From assembly GCA_030295235.1 (NCBI GenBank), contig AP026142.1, forward strand, positions 682,001 through 746,000: a DNA stretch of 64,000 nucleotides, written 5' to 3'. The translations under genes and the position numbers were made by a program. The notes under the pieces are model-generated. The model saw only the letters and a program-made list of their open reading frames with translations, made no database searches and had not been told where the DNA came from. Shown piece after piece: positions 1 to 12,585 of the stretch. The stretch's first letter is position 1. Every line of letters begins with the position of its first letter. Origin of the DNA: Fistulifera solaris (taxonomy: Eukaryota).

Positions 1-10
1 CTCGTAGATA

Positions 11-2895
11 TTAGTCCCTCCATGGCCCTTCCAACCGCACTTTCACGTCCACCGGCGGCGTTTCCTTGCAAACGACAGTAATTTGCAGTTTCGTAAGGAC
101 TTCGATCTCCATTGAATCCCATTCAATAGTCCCCTCACAGGGGCGCCCGTCCTGAAACCTTCTCCGCAAAGGACTCGCTTCGAACCGTCGCGTGCCTCGA
201 TGCTCGCATATGTGACCATTTCTTTGTGCTCTTGCAAGAATAACTTCACATTTACACCCAAAGCAGGCACGAAAACAGAGAACGTTGACTGCCCTACAGA
301 TAAGACAATACCAAGCTGTCCCTGCATGGGCTTGCTTTTGACGTACAACGAAAGAAAAATGACATCGCACCTCTCTTGAGCATTCTTGGAACCCATCCTC
401 TTTTCGTTTGCATGCTCGCAAATTTGCTGTATTTCTTCTGGCTTCAAATGAAAGTTTTCAACAGCCTCTGCACCCTCTATCGTTGCTTGAAGAAGACGAT
501 GGACCATTACATCAGGGTATCTTCTAATGGGGCTTGTGAAGTGGGTGTAATAAGGAATGTTGAGAGCAAAATGTCTCCATAGCTCTTTATCTTCTTCGCT
601 TCCTGCCGCAAAATATTCAGCAGCTTTGAAGGGACTCATAAGCATCTGAGTGATGCACTGTAATATTAATGGTTGATCGCTGTACTCGCGGCTGAGGCGC
701 ACTAAAGACCGATGTAAATCTTCGCTAGATGAAACATTCAATTCGTGCCCTGTCGCAGCAAATACAACAGCAGCAAGCTCACTCAAACCATCTATTTCGG
801 GCTCTTTGTGACAACGGAGAACGGCTCGACTTTCGGCATGCATTATGAGCTTTTGTGCTACGAGGTAGTTGGCAAGTAGCATATATTCTTCAACGAGCCG
901 ATTGGAGTCTCGAATGGGATACGGGGCCGTAAGAAGTGGAGTTTGTCCATCCGCATCCATCATAAATGTCAACTTGATTCCATTGAGAGCGAGGGCACCA
1001 TTTTCGAAACGGAGACGTCTCCGGGCCATCGCCACACGATGCATCAAGCGCACGTCAGCGGCAACTTGATCCACTGTATGATATCCCTTCGGCCGCCTGT
1101 CTACTGGCCACTGCTCGCTGTCCATCTCCGATTCGGCTTCACCCGTTGCTACTTTATTTTCGATGATATTTTGCGCTGTCGAATAGTCCAACCGAGCGCA
1201 CGACTTGATCACCGTTCGCCCATACCAAATAGAATCCTTCGAACGTACCATGGTGCCATCGAGATTCATCCTCCAAACACAAGAGAATGCTAGTCGCTCT
1301 ACGTTTTCATTGAGACTGCAAGCGACTTCACATAAAGGTCTAGGAAGCATTGGAATCGTTCTGTCGACAAGGTAGATGGTTGTGGAACGTCGGATTGCTT
1401 CGTCATCCACAGCCGTTCCAGGACGAACAAAGAAGGAAACATCGGCGATGTGCACTCCGACTTCCACTGTACCATCGTCCAGCATTTTAATATGAAGGGC
1501 ATCGTCCAAATCTTTGGCAGTGGTGGGATCAATCGTAAAGATACGTTCGGTCCGGTAATCCCTTCTCTCAGCATACATACTGGGAGTTGGCTTCCAACCC
1601 AATTGATTCTTTTCACCGGAGCTTGTATCTTCTGTGTAATACAGACCACTTTGTACCGCTTCATCCACATCCCGTAACACTTGTGGAGGATGATCTCCGT
1701 GATTGACATCAAACTCGGAGAGTAGAGCCGTTATCTCATCTTCCAAGACACAAGCCGATCCAATTTTGACAATACGAGTACAGGGCGGCCACTTGTGCGT
1801 TTGTTGCCAGTTTCCGTACTCATACTGCGCTTGGAAATAAGTCGTAAGAACCACATCTACTTTTTTCTTACTGAAGTTGCCGTCCTCCTTCATCTTGAGT
1901 TGCTCCTCTTCACGGAGTTTCGTCAAGATGTCACGTGTCGACGCCGTAGGACATCGGAATTGTGGCAGTGACTTGTTGTTGGGAGTCAAAAGAATAGTGC
2001 TGTCATTTACTAATTTGAGTGTACCGACAATACGACGCGTCGCTCGACGTTCCGTTCGTGGCGCTGCGTTAGACTCCTTAATTTCCGAGTGAATGTCTTT
2101 TGGCGGAATGATACAAACAACGGTTCCCTTGGGTTGTTTTAGCGCCTTTTCTTCTTTTAGTCGACGCCGATCCTCACCCTCACAAATATTAACTGCCTTT
2201 TTGACAGGACGAGGAATGGTGACGAGCGGATTCCACAAATCGACTTGCTGCGGATCTTCTTGCCAGGTTGTTGGAGAATCATCCTTAAAAGCAACATTCT
2301 GAAGTTGCAACGTAATTTCGTCTTCCATTTTAATCAAGTCCTCCTTGTTGTCATCAGTATTCTCACGACAAGGTTCCAAGATGCGCACAAACACAGTGTC
2401 TCCATCCAAAGCACGATTGCGATCGAGTTCGGATGGAATACAGATATCTTGCAAATGCAGTCCTCGATCACACGTCACAAACGATGTCGAAGTAGCGGCT
2501 CCACTGGCCGAGAATGGCAAGACACGAAGTTTTCCTCGCACCAAGGTTCCTTCTGCGTACAGCTTCATGCATTCTCCGAGAGATAAATGCGGAGGATAGG
2601 GAACAAAAGGTGATGAAGACGATGAGTTACTTCTCGCGTTGTTCTTTTGCCGTTGTTATTGTAACCGTTGTCGCTCTGTTTCGTGTTCCCATTATGTTTG
2701 TTGTTTCCAGTCCTGTTGTTCTTTTTTCTTCTTGTTTATCGCGTTATTGGGTGTGGTTGACGATTCGTCGGTATCCGTTCCTTGCGCATTCTTTGAGGTC
2801 TCTTTCTTCGGTTTTCGTGAACGATGATTTCCTCCGGAACGCGACTTTATGACTTGATTTCGCGCGGACTGATCGTTCTTCGCTTCCTGTGTCAT
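11..2895 (-). CDS. DIS3L2: DIS3-like exonuclease 2 (RNase II/RNB family 3'-5' exoribonuclease)
   Basis: ORF 43..2568 has the RNB catalytic motif TIDPTTAKDLDDALH, VGVHIADVS, RSTTIYL, CSLN and YTHFTSPIRRYPDVMVHRLL, plus CSD-type NRALDGDTVFV, and no PIN domain. The frame extends upstream of 2568 (…PFVPYPPHLSLGECMKL) but needs a frameshift to reach the likely start MTQEAK at 2895. The true C-terminus (…EIEVLTKLQITVVC…EGPWRD*) is in the 11..421 frame, with a frameshift near 168. Confidence 0.9.
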
Positions 2896-3720
2896 GGTTG
2901 ACTCTGCTTTCAAGTTTAAAGTAACGACTGCGTAGTTATATCTTGTTGTTTCTGAAGGTAACAGTAAAGAGGGCGATCGATACATTTGTCGCGTGTCAAA
3001 AAGGGCATGAAGTCTGCGCGCAACGATAAGGATATAGCTCGTGACTGAAATACAGTCTTGGTTAAGTTGACACTTCGAATCTAGGGTAGATACGGAAGAC
3101 AACTATCCTCCACGCTTTATGACGTAAAGAATCATGATTGGTAATGCAAATAATGCTGAAGATAATTGCATGGTGCAAAAGACAAATCTTCATTGCCAAG
3201 CTAGCGAAAAAAAAACAGATGTTTCTAGATAAGTCCGGCACGCAAGTAAATCAATTTCGTGACTGTATTGCAGTCGTGGCGAAATACGGACAACACTTTG
3301 TCCTATAGTAGTTATGAAAGACAACTATGCGAAAGATTTTGGTGCTTTTCTTGAATAAAAAAGGAGCATTACTAATGTGCCTTTGGATAGTATAGCATCT
3401 CACGTTGAACATGCTACTTCAAAACATAACGGTGCCTACGATATTTGCGAGGACTTACTACCAGGTAATGTGCTATTACCTTTTTATTGCGACGCAGCGG
3501 CCATATTTTTAACCTTATTGCAGACTAGAGAGACTTTGGTTCATAAGGTCGAAGTAGTCGGACGCGCCGCAATACCTTTCTCCTGCACTGTTTGATCTGT
3601 TTCTTGCCGGCGCACCTCACACTAGAGCAACACGGGAACAGGTGCATTCTTTCTTTCCTGCTTTCTCTCCCAACGCGCCGCATCCCCTTTCTTTTCATCA
3701 GAGTTAATAGTAGCGATAGA

Positions 3721-5019
3721 ATGCACATGTCATACGAAATTCCCGAGTCATATCAGCCAGTTTGCTTTACATCATTACCCACGGAAGTGCAAACAATCTT
3801 TCATGATTTGTCTCGAAGAGCCTTCGAGTTTCCCATTCGACTGTACAGTGTCGAAGCCGTGGAAGCTGCTGCCTTGCTTTTGAGTGAAGACGTAAAGAAA
3901 GCCGTTTCGGCACATCCTGTGTTGGCTCGGACTTTTCGAAGCAACGAATTGTTGGCCACGTTATTGAACGCTTTCTCCATAGCGCTTGCCCCCTCTTATC
4001 ATATCGAAACTATCCGATATCTTATTGAGATGAATCCTCATATGCTATTAAAGGATTATGGTTCTGGAATTGAATCTTCACCCCTTTATACCTTGACGTT
4101 GGATTACAATAAATCTACTTTGTTGCCTTGGATTGCTGAACGGTATCCTTGGATACTTCAGAATGAAGCTTGCCAAAGACTACCCCCGCATCTGGAAATG
4201 ATGGAAAGTTACCTAAATGAGCATGTCGGATTAGAGACACTTCGAAAGTTCTATGAAGTATACCCGCAAGGACTTCGGGAGAAACACGAGGACAAGGGCT
4301 ACCCCCTATCGGTAAGTTTGGAAGGGCCACTGGCACCCGATGCAGAGTTCTTCTTCTGGATGGCGCACCAATACCCAGAAGCAGCTTATTTCAAGAAAAA
4401 CTCGGTTTCGATATTGTACACCGCTTGCTACGCACTTGCTTTGGGAGAATACCAGTGTATGCTGTCTATGAACGCAATATGCCGTTTTCTCATTTCGGAA
4501 CACCCCACGCTGGTTCGCCAAACTACGGACGAAGGGTATTTGCCGATTCACACCCTAACGACTCGCTGCCACCAGCCCATGGTGCAAGAAATCGCGGTTC
4601 TTTTACTCCAAGCATACCCCGAGTGTGTGCATGTGATGGCTGGTGCCGAGTACCCTGCCCTTCCCACAGTCCGATTTATTCAACAAATCCATCCTCTCAT
4701 TCGGCAAGAAATAGAAACCGATGAAGAAATCTCGGAATTATCTAAGGCATCACAAAATATTTCGACAGCCGCAGCCTTATCGATCGGTCACGAATCAAAC
4801 CATGCCGCTCTGTTCTCTTGTCTCTTTGGTTCTCTATCCGAAGTCTTTGGTTCCTGGTCCAATCTGTATATTTGTGAAGTGCTTCTAGCACGGAAGAAGC
4901 AAATTCAAGAATTAATCACGGATACATGTCGTACGCTGGAAACTGATTACGAAGAAAGCGACGACGATGAGAGCGATGACGAGCAAGACGACAATGATGA
5001 TGACTTGATCGATGATTGA
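3721..5019 (+). CDS. Hypothetical protein with degenerate ankyrin-like helical repeats and acidic tail
   Basis: Long ORF with recurring motifs such as 'FYEVYPQGLREK…GYPL', 'FLISEHPTLVRQTTDEGYLPIH' and 'LLLQAYPECV', typical of expanded ankyrin-like diatom families. C-terminus is D/E-rich. First ATG is at 3721. Confidence 0.6.
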   Translation: MHMSYEIPESYQPVCFTSLPTEVQTIFHDLSRRAFEFPIRLYSVEAVEAAALLLSEDVKKAVSAHPVLARTFRSNELLATLLNAFSIALAPSYHIETIRYLIEMNPHMLLKDYGSGIESSPLYTLTLDYNKSTLLPWIAERYPWILQNEACQRLPPHLEMMESYLNEHVGLETLRKFYEVYPQGLREKHEDKGYPLSVSLEGPLAPDAEFFFWMAHQYPEAAYFKKNSVSILYTACYALALGEYQCMLSMNAICRFLISEHPTLVRQTTDEGYLPIHTLTTRCHQPMVQEIAVLLLQAYPECVHVMAGAEYPALPTVRFIQQIHPLIRQEIETDEEISELSKASQNISTAAALSIGHESNHAALFSCLFGSLSEVFGSWSNLYICEVLLARKKQIQELITDTCRTLETDYEESDDDESDDEQDDNDDDLIDD

Positions 5020-5197
5020 TTTGATCGATGAAGACAACCTTCCACCTTCCGTAATTAACAAATTGAAAAAGGCAACCAAGACGTTGCGTCGAAAGAGACT
5101 TTGAGGTGATGAAACCGATACAATTTCCTTATACAAGCAATCCTAATGTAAACGAATTCGTTTAACCGCATCTGTTCTTCAATCGACCACAGTCAAT

Positions 5198-6257
5198 TCA
5201 GTCTTGCTCGACAAAGCCAAACTCGCGTTTGAATTCACGTCCCATCTCCTCCTTTTCACGATCCAGTTCACTTTCGACGGCCATACTTTCCTGATCAGCC
5301 GCGGCCTTTTTCTGCTCGACGCAAAGCTTTGTTCTTTCGTCCACCCATCTTTTCAACATTCTGCTTCTCCAGATGCAAACGGCCCATCGTTTCTCCAAAG
5401 ATAGTTGTTGTCTTGTTCTTATTCTTTTCGGTCTTCTTCTTGCGAAGTTCAGCCGGTTGACGACGTGCCGCCTTGGCCAAATCCGAGTCGGCCCACATCG
5501 TTCGGCGCAAAACGAAATCAAAATCAGGACCGCACGGTTGCAATAGCGGTACGGGTATTTTGCTGGAGAGATCTTTGGGATTCTTTTTCAATTGAATGTG
5601 ATAGGTGCGTTGATGAATCAATACAGTGCCCTGTGCCGGGGCAATCGTAAAGACAATAATGTGATCAATGCCCGTCGCCAGAATCTTATCCACAACCTGT
5701 CCTCGATAGAAATCTGTCAGTAGATTTTGCAAGTTCGGATAATCGGTTGTCGAATATTGCTGCCACAAGTCGCCTTGAAACATGAGCAAGGGTTTCGTAC
5801 CGATTCGTTTCTTGAAGACTTGTCCACCATAGTCGCGAAGACTGCTCTTGAACCGCAAAATTCCCAATTCTGCCATATCAAGGACTTGATGATCAAAGGT
5901 CCGACCAATCACGAGATTGTTGGGTCGTTTCTTGTTGTGTGACGCCACGGCAAAGAGAGCGCAATCGTTCTTGGTGGAAAGAAATTCCAACGACTGCTGA
6001 TCTTCAAATGGAACAATTTGGTTCTTTTTGTTCAACAACTTGACTCTCGGAGCCTGCAAAGCACGGAGTTCCTGTAATACGCGACTCATGGCTTCGGAAG
6101 CTTTGATTCCCTTCAGCAACAATGTGTTTTTGCCATCTTCCTTCAACTTCGATTCGGTCGATTTGAGGTATCTCTGAACGCGTGCATTCGGAACTTTTTT
6201 GCTTCCGCTGAGCTCTTTGGTGCGCGATGCCTTACGTTGCTGTTCCGTGGGAGCCAT
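5198..6257 (-). CDS. RPF2: Ribosome production factor 2 (Brix domain)
   Basis: Motifs SHNKKRPNNLVIGRTFDHQVLDMAELG, KPLLMFQG and GPDFDFVLRR, and C-terminal 'FGETMGRLHLEKQN…RKNKALR'. A frameshift in the T run near 5307-5311 leads into the 5198..5521 frame (…KKAAADQE…FGFVEQD*). Confidence 0.9.
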
Positions 6258-6638
6258 TTTTGTAAGACTTGTTTAAAAATTAACGCAAGTAAAAGGCATT
6301 CCGAAGAAGGATTTGCCCGTCAAAGAAACGAAAAAGAAAAAAGGTTGCGTTTGCAGTTTGAATTTTGAATGGCTCTGGACGAGGGAATCCGGAATCCGTG
6401 TGTCTTCTTGTTACCGCTAGTGCCTAGTGCTTTCGTGACAGTGAATGACCAACCGAAGGCAATCAAACTTTTGAGACGACTTGACTTGGCGTAACTAAGT
6501 AGAGACCGAGGAGAGTATTACTACTAGTCAATCCAGTCTAGTCAAAACGGTCGAGCTAGTACGAGTATGTCGAATGACGACGTTCTTTCCAGAATCAACG
6601 CTAGATTATCTGCAAGCGTTTTAAGTCTTGTTTACTCG

Positions 6639-7695
6639 CTAATTCATTTCGATTTCGGTACCAATACCGAGCTCTCGTGCTTTCTTCACGACAATACTGG
6701 CTGTCATAACATCTTGAATGGCTGTCCCCACGGATTTGAAAAATGTACACGGCAGTAGTGTCTTAGCAGGTTCGTAGTCTTGCTGTAACACTTTGCCAAA
6801 CAGAGTGACGGGATGTTCGGATGGCAGATCCTTCAAATCACCCACCGTTCTCGCTTCTGGAGTATCCATCCAAACACGACAGTGCCGAATGGTTGTTTCG
6901 GTGGGAATTTCTTGCATGTCCGACGTATAACTACCGATCGAGTTGAGATGACAACCAGCGGGCAGTACTATATTGCCATCAAACAGCGGTGTCGCCGTAT
7001 TGGTACAAGTCACAATACAAGAAGCTGTAGAAAGAGCTTGTGCGATCTGCGTCGTATCGTCGAGTGCTAGAATCTGACAGTGAGTAATCTTGTCGAATGC
7101 CATTTGACCCTCCGCACTCATGGATTGAATCTTGTTCGACAGAATGACAGCCCGCTCTAGCGTCCGATTCACTATTGTCAACTGAGATAAATGGCGTTGT
7201 GGTAAGGCTTCCGCAATCATTTGGATATGCAATTCAGCTTGTAAGCCCGCACCAAACACCACCAGATGTTGCATTTCTCTACCTTGCCAAGCCAAGGCCG
7301 TGGCCAACGCACTCCCTGCAGCAGTACGAGCCGCTGTCAAATAGGTACCATCCAAAACAGCATCTACGCTTCCCGTTTCTGCATCTAAATGCAGAATAGT
7401 GGCCGGAACCAACGGTAGACCTTTGGCTGGATTGTTCCTGCGCACACTCACAATTTTACATCCCATCATATCCGATGTTGCGGCCGGTTTGAATAACGTC
7501 CAGTCGGGTGTAGATCCTGACGTAGAAGCAGAATGATACGGAAGACCAATTCGAGAAGGTACAGTCGCTTGTCCTTGAGCCAGCGCAATGAAGGCTTCTC
7601 GATTCACTTCCAAGCACTCACGTAAATGGAGACATTGCTGAACTTGTTGTTCGTTTAAAATCAACATTTTCTGGAATCTCACCAAAGTTGAATGC
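6639..7695 (-). CDS. Ornithine cyclodeaminase / mu-crystallin family NAD(P)-dependent enzyme
   Basis: Motifs LFKPA, GCKIVSV, NPAKGLP, YLTAARTAAGSA, Rossmann VFGAGLQA, HLNSIGS and FFKSVGTAIQD. Start uncertain (MHSTL at ~7695 or MLILNE downstream). Confidence 0.88.
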
Positions 7696-8732
7696 ATTAC
7701 TTTGATCGCATCGGCTGTTATTGCCATCAAAAACAAGCGTCTTTTTGACGAAAAAAAAGCCGAAACAAATCGAGTTCGTTTCTCAACGATCCATGCCGTG
7801 AAACAGCTGTTGTCGTCGCAGAATGAAAAGAAGAGGAGTCGTCACCGCAACAACAATTACGGTTCCTTTTCAGACAAGGACAAAGGGTGTCTCCAGCCTA
7901 TTAAGTAGAGGATGCAACGACGGCTATAGAAGAAAAGTTTGCAATTATTTGATTCCCTTATTCATTCTGTCGGTTGGGTGTTGGTTGGGTGCTTTGAAAG
8001 TTTACGTGTTTCTACATAGCCGCCGTAGGAAATGTATCGATGTAGGGGGTACCCGGACCTGGTTCATTTCGGCCTCATTATTTTGATTACCTAGTACTTT
8101 GTAGTCAAGCCACTTTACACCAAATTTATTCTTAATTTCACCAACATAGAAAATACGCAATTCCAAGCAATGAGGAACAGTTTTTTCAAAACCATTTACA
8201 AAGTAAAAAGAACCTAAGTGCAGCGCATCGAACCTCATACGTAGATTTCACGTGGCCTTTGTAGGGAGATTACATCGACAGTGGGACCGGTACCGGTACC
8301 GGTTCCATTTTGTCGCGTCGGCATTGCACCAAGGTCAATTTTCCTTCGCGCAACCTAGACCATTCGTCATCCTTTGTGTAAATTTAGAAGAAATGTATTA
8401 ATCACGCGTCACATATAAAGTAATCAGGGTTATCGCTGGCCTAAATCATAAACAAGGCATAATGATGGCAACGTTGTCTTCGATGTTTTACCGGCGAACT
8501 AAAGTCCATGTTTCGCAGCCAAACGTCGTGAAAGTTTTCGATTTAGTGATTCATACTACAAAATGAGTGTTGCAAGGTCATGTCTCCCGGGCCCGAACCC
8601 AATCAACTGTTTCTATTGACAAAAGCAAACCACGTACAGCTTTTTTTAAAGTACATTTTGGTTCACCGCGGACAATTAACAATCCTTCAAATGTTTGTTT
8701 CGTTCCTCCCAACTAAATCAAAAGTTGAGGAG

Positions 8733-9227
8733 TCATTTTAGTTCTAGAAAGATCTTGATCGCTGCATGATTGGCGTAACCGGGCCGTCCCAATACATCTT
8801 GCAGAAATTGTGACAAGCGTTCTTGTCGAGTCGCGGCAAAATGATCGTCTTGCCGGTGCAAGAACAAGGGACATGTTCCCGAAGGCATTTCGATCGGTTG
8901 GGTAGTCGTAGTGGTGAAATGCGATGGTATTATCGCTGGAGGATGCGATGTAATTTGTTGATAAAGCCACCAAAAGTGAGTATATCTTCGTTGTATGATT
9001 CGTTTGTCATGTTCCCGACAAACCGTAATGAAATAATAGTATGCCGGAAGACTAATCTTGCCTTGCATCTCACATGGAACGTTTGGTGGGTTGTTTGTGA
9101 TCCGTGCAAAGCCATTGCATTGAATTGTATAAAAGGTAGCGTCGTAGCGGGGCGACCAGTGACACTCCGGAAGATACATCAAAGAAGCATCTTCATTCGT
9201 TGCTTCGTGCCGTCTCGCTTCCGTCAT
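8733..9227 (-). CDS. Small PX (phox homology) domain protein
   Basis: 'IQRRYTHFWWLYQQI…MPSGT…DDHFAATRQERLSQFLQDVL…HAAIKIFLEL' matches the PX consensus (RRYSxF…LP…RR..L..FL…FL). Confidence 0.75.
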   Translation of the reverse strand: MTEARRHEATNEDASLMYLPECHWSPRYDATFYTIQCNGFARITNNPPNVPCEMQGKISLPAYYYFITVCREHDKRIIQRRYTHFWWLYQQITSHPPAIIPSHFTTTTTQPIEMPSGTCPLFLHRQDDHFAATRQERLSQFLQDVLGRPGYANHAAIKIFLELK

Positions 9228-9656
9228 TTACGAAAATTCTTCTTCAATTTTGTGTGTATGTATGTATGTATGTACGAAAAATTCGTTTCATTACCAATGT
9301 AACAATAGAAACAATCCGATTCTTCAATCCTATCACATTTCTCCAATTTTAGGAGTTCGCATATGTGGACGAAGAATAACAAGGTGCGTACAAAAAATAA
9401 AAACGCGTGAAGGTCACGACTCATGAAGGATTCCAGTCGTGTCGACAGTCGGAACTGACCGAGGTCTTTCTCTTTTATCGAAAAGCCAAACGAAAGCTCC
9501 CCCAAAAAACGTGCTTGGAAATCCCTTTTGTAAAAAACGAAAAGTCCACAATTTATAAACGAAACAACACATTACAACAAACCAGCACAGTCGATTCGGT
9601 TTTTCCCTCTAGAGTTCCGCTATTTCAATAATAATCATCATGATAACGGAACTTTC

Positions 9657-10988
9657 CTACATACTGTAAAACGACAATTCGCGTTCCCGATTGTTGACCG
9701 CTCTCTTGTAGGCTTCATCAAAATCCTTGGGGAGCACGACATATCGATTCTCTCGGACCGCCCGCAAGCCGGCTTCCGTACAGATCGCCGCAATATCCGC
9801 ACTGCTCACTTTTTCAGAGCGATTGACATAATCCTCGAGATCCAACTCTTCCGACAAATTCATCTTCGAGGTTGCCGCTTGAAAGACCATGCGCTTTTGT
9901 CGGCGATCGGGATTAGGGAATTCAATTTTACGATCCAATCGTCCCGGACGCAACAATGCCGGATCCAAAGTATCGGCCCGATTCGTGGCCATGATGACTT
10001 TAATGTTGGTCGTTTGATCGAAACCATCCATTTGATTCAACAATTCCAGCAGAATGCGTTGAACTTCACGATCGGCCCCGGTCTGAGCATCAAATCGCTT
10101 GGTAGCAATCGCATCCACTTCATCAATAAACACAATGCAGGGCGAGTTTTCGCGTGCCAATCGAAAGACATCTCGCACCATACGAGGTCCTTCGCCGAGA
10201 TATTTCTGCACAAACTCGGAACCGACCATACTGATAAGGTCGCTTCGGTCGCATTCGCGACCGCCTTGGCTATCATGGTTTTCCCCGTCCCGGGCGGACC
10301 GTACAACAAGACACCGCGCGGTGGATCAATTCCAATTTGTTGATAGAGATGATGTTGAATGAGTGGCAATTCGATGGCTTCTCGGACTTCTTGTTTTTGC
10401 ATATCCATTCCACCAATGTCCTTGTACGTGACGTCGGGTTTTTCGGCCATGAGTTTGACGGTACTATCTGATTCGGGCGGCAATATATCGACGACGGAAT
10501 GACTGTGTCGATGCAAGGCAATGCTGGTATTGGGTTTGAGCAATTCTCGATCGAGTGTACTGAGAACACGGACGTAATAATTGGAGCCCGCCGTCGAGCT
10601 AACAATCCCGTAATTGACATCAATCATTTCATTGAATTGACCAATGACTAAAGGAACACTTTGAATGCGACGAATCTCTTCTTTCGCGCGGAGCAATTCG
10701 CGTTGCAAGTGACGCATTTCGTCCTTGAGATATTCTTCTTGCAATTCAACAAATTCGAGTTGCTTTTCCAGGGCTTTGACTTCATGAAAGAGATCGGGAG
10801 AATGATTGTTTGAGGATGTTTCGGCTGATTCTGCTTCATTGTTTGATAATACGGTAGAAGACTGCGAGAGAAGAAAGAGAGTGACAGAGTTAGTATATAA
10901 TGTCAAGCAGAAAGGAATCAAAAGGAGAGAAGGCGACGAATTACCTTTTTTCTACAATCGGAGCACTCATTACCGCAGCAGATGCCAT
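9657..10988 (-). CDS. RPT3: 26S proteasome regulatory ATPase subunit 6B (RPT3)
   Basis: [34 protein letters not shown], Walker A GPPGTGKT, Walker [33 protein letters not shown] and [13 protein letters not shown]. Exon 1 ([14 protein letters not shown]) runs from 10988, followed by a GT-AG intron at 10862..10944. There is a 1-nt frameshift near 10236. Confidence 0.95.
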
Positions 10989-11250
10989 TTTGTTATAGTT
11001 AAGTAAATCAGTCAAGCGAAGAAGAAGAATCAAAAACTGTCGTTGAATTGATTATGAAACGACAGATTGTAGCCTTGCGTTGCGTTGCGTTGCGCTTGGA
11101 TTATTATTATTATTATCATTCAAATGTCTTCTGTCATGATGGTCAAAAGCAAAAACGATGAACGCCGAACGACGCCGAAAGATGTAGATCGCAGTGGTCA
11201 GAAGATAATGGTCAGACCCACTAAGGATAATGATGTAAAATAAGGTACTT

Positions 11251-11294
11251 TGTACAGGTACAGGTACAGTACCGGTACCGGTACCGGTACCTGT
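11251..11294. repeat. Palindromic hexamer tract (ACAGGT/ACCGGT)n
   Basis: tgtacaggtacaggtacagtaccggtaccggtaccggtacctgt, between divergent RPT3 and SET genes. Similar tracts occur at 8286-8303 and 48211-48231. Confidence 0.8.
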
Positions 11295-11450
11295 GACTCG
11301 AATGAAAATGCAGTCCCGGAACAGGAACGTTCGTGTTTTTCGTCGCAACAAAACGCCAACACCATAACACAATCGTCATTACTGACTATTGACTCTTACC
11401 AGTCTTTTCAATGGTTGACTAGCATAATCTTCTTGATTACAAACTACAAG

Positions 11451-12585
11451 ATGCACTTCTATACACAACTTGTTACAGCCTTATTCGCTTTGCAACAGAA
11501 CCACCATTCGTTTCGGCCTCATCACAATAAGCCTTCTCCATCATCATGTCGTCTCTCCTTGTCATCGGCAAGCCACGCCACCGACGACCAAAAATACCAA
11601 GACATGCTCATATGGTTAAAATCCAAAGGCGCCGATATCAATTCGAAAATAGAAATACGTCCCAGTACACGACAGGGTAGTGGTTACGGAGTTTTGTCAA
11701 GGATGCCGTGGAAGCCGACGAACTACTCTTTACCATTCCAAGATCGGCTTGTATTACGTTAGATCAAGCGTTACAAGATGAAGTGTGCGGGAAAACATTT
11801 CAAAAAATCATTGATCAAGCGGGTCCGGGGGTATCACGGTCGCCATGGCGGGATTCATGGCCAAGGAATGGTTGTTGACACCCACCACGGACAACAAACG
11901 CACGCAGGATACATCGTTTGGACCGTATTTACGGACATTGCCGTGGACCCGGGGTGTCAACAATCAAGAACACATTTTATTTTGGTCCAATCAAGAAATT
12001 GAAATGTCCTTGAAAGGATCCATGTGTTATTCGGAAGCAACGGCTTTGCGAGAAGAAGTCAATTTGGCCATTCGTGTATTGAATGGGATTGTCAAACCAC
12101 CCATTGAAGCACAGCGACGAAAGGAACGAGGAGACGAAGAAAAAGAAGAAGAAGCAGAACAAAACAGTGGTTTCTCATGGCCGTGGCAAACCAAGTCCAC
12201 CGAGGATACGACTACTACTACTATTTTAGAAGGATTACCCGAAGCGGTCAAAGGGGCTTTTGTTTGTTTATTAACACGAGCGTTTGAAGATGGTGAAGGG
12301 GATGCCGAAAAGTTAGTTCCCATGCTGGATATGATGCAACACAGTGAAGATCCTTCCATTTCTCATGTCATGCGCAAATCGGATGGTAGTGTGCAAGTCC
12401 GAGCGCGCAAAGCCTTGGAGGGTGGAGAAGAACTCTTCAATCAGTATCGTTCCGAGCTCGAAGAAAGTATGCCCTATCATCGATTCTTTACACGGTATGG
12501 CTTTGTTCCCGGAGTAGAAGAAGATATGATGAATCTGTTACAGGACAAATCTTCTATCTTCTTTGCCCAAACAGCCGAAGTTTAA
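11451..12585 (+). CDS. SET-domain lysine methyltransferase, Rubisco LSMT/SETD3-like, probably plastid-targeted
   Basis: 'LIWLKSKGA…IRPSTRQGSGYGV', 'FGPYLRTLPW', 'LLTRAF', 'LVPMLDMMQHS' and 'GEELFNQY…RYGFV'. N-terminus is signal/transit-like. Two homopolymer frameshifts (~11695 and ~11830) join three ORF pieces. Confidence 0.8.

Noticed and set aside
8037..8278. Possible MITE bounded by TCGATGTA / TACATCGA
   Set aside because: Only an 8-bp inverted repeat, with no clear target-site duplication and no second copy in the window.
8286..11294. CRISPR-like or telomeric interpretation of the ACCGGT arrays
   Set aside because: No spacers, the arrays are very short, and the unit is not a G-rich telomere repeat.
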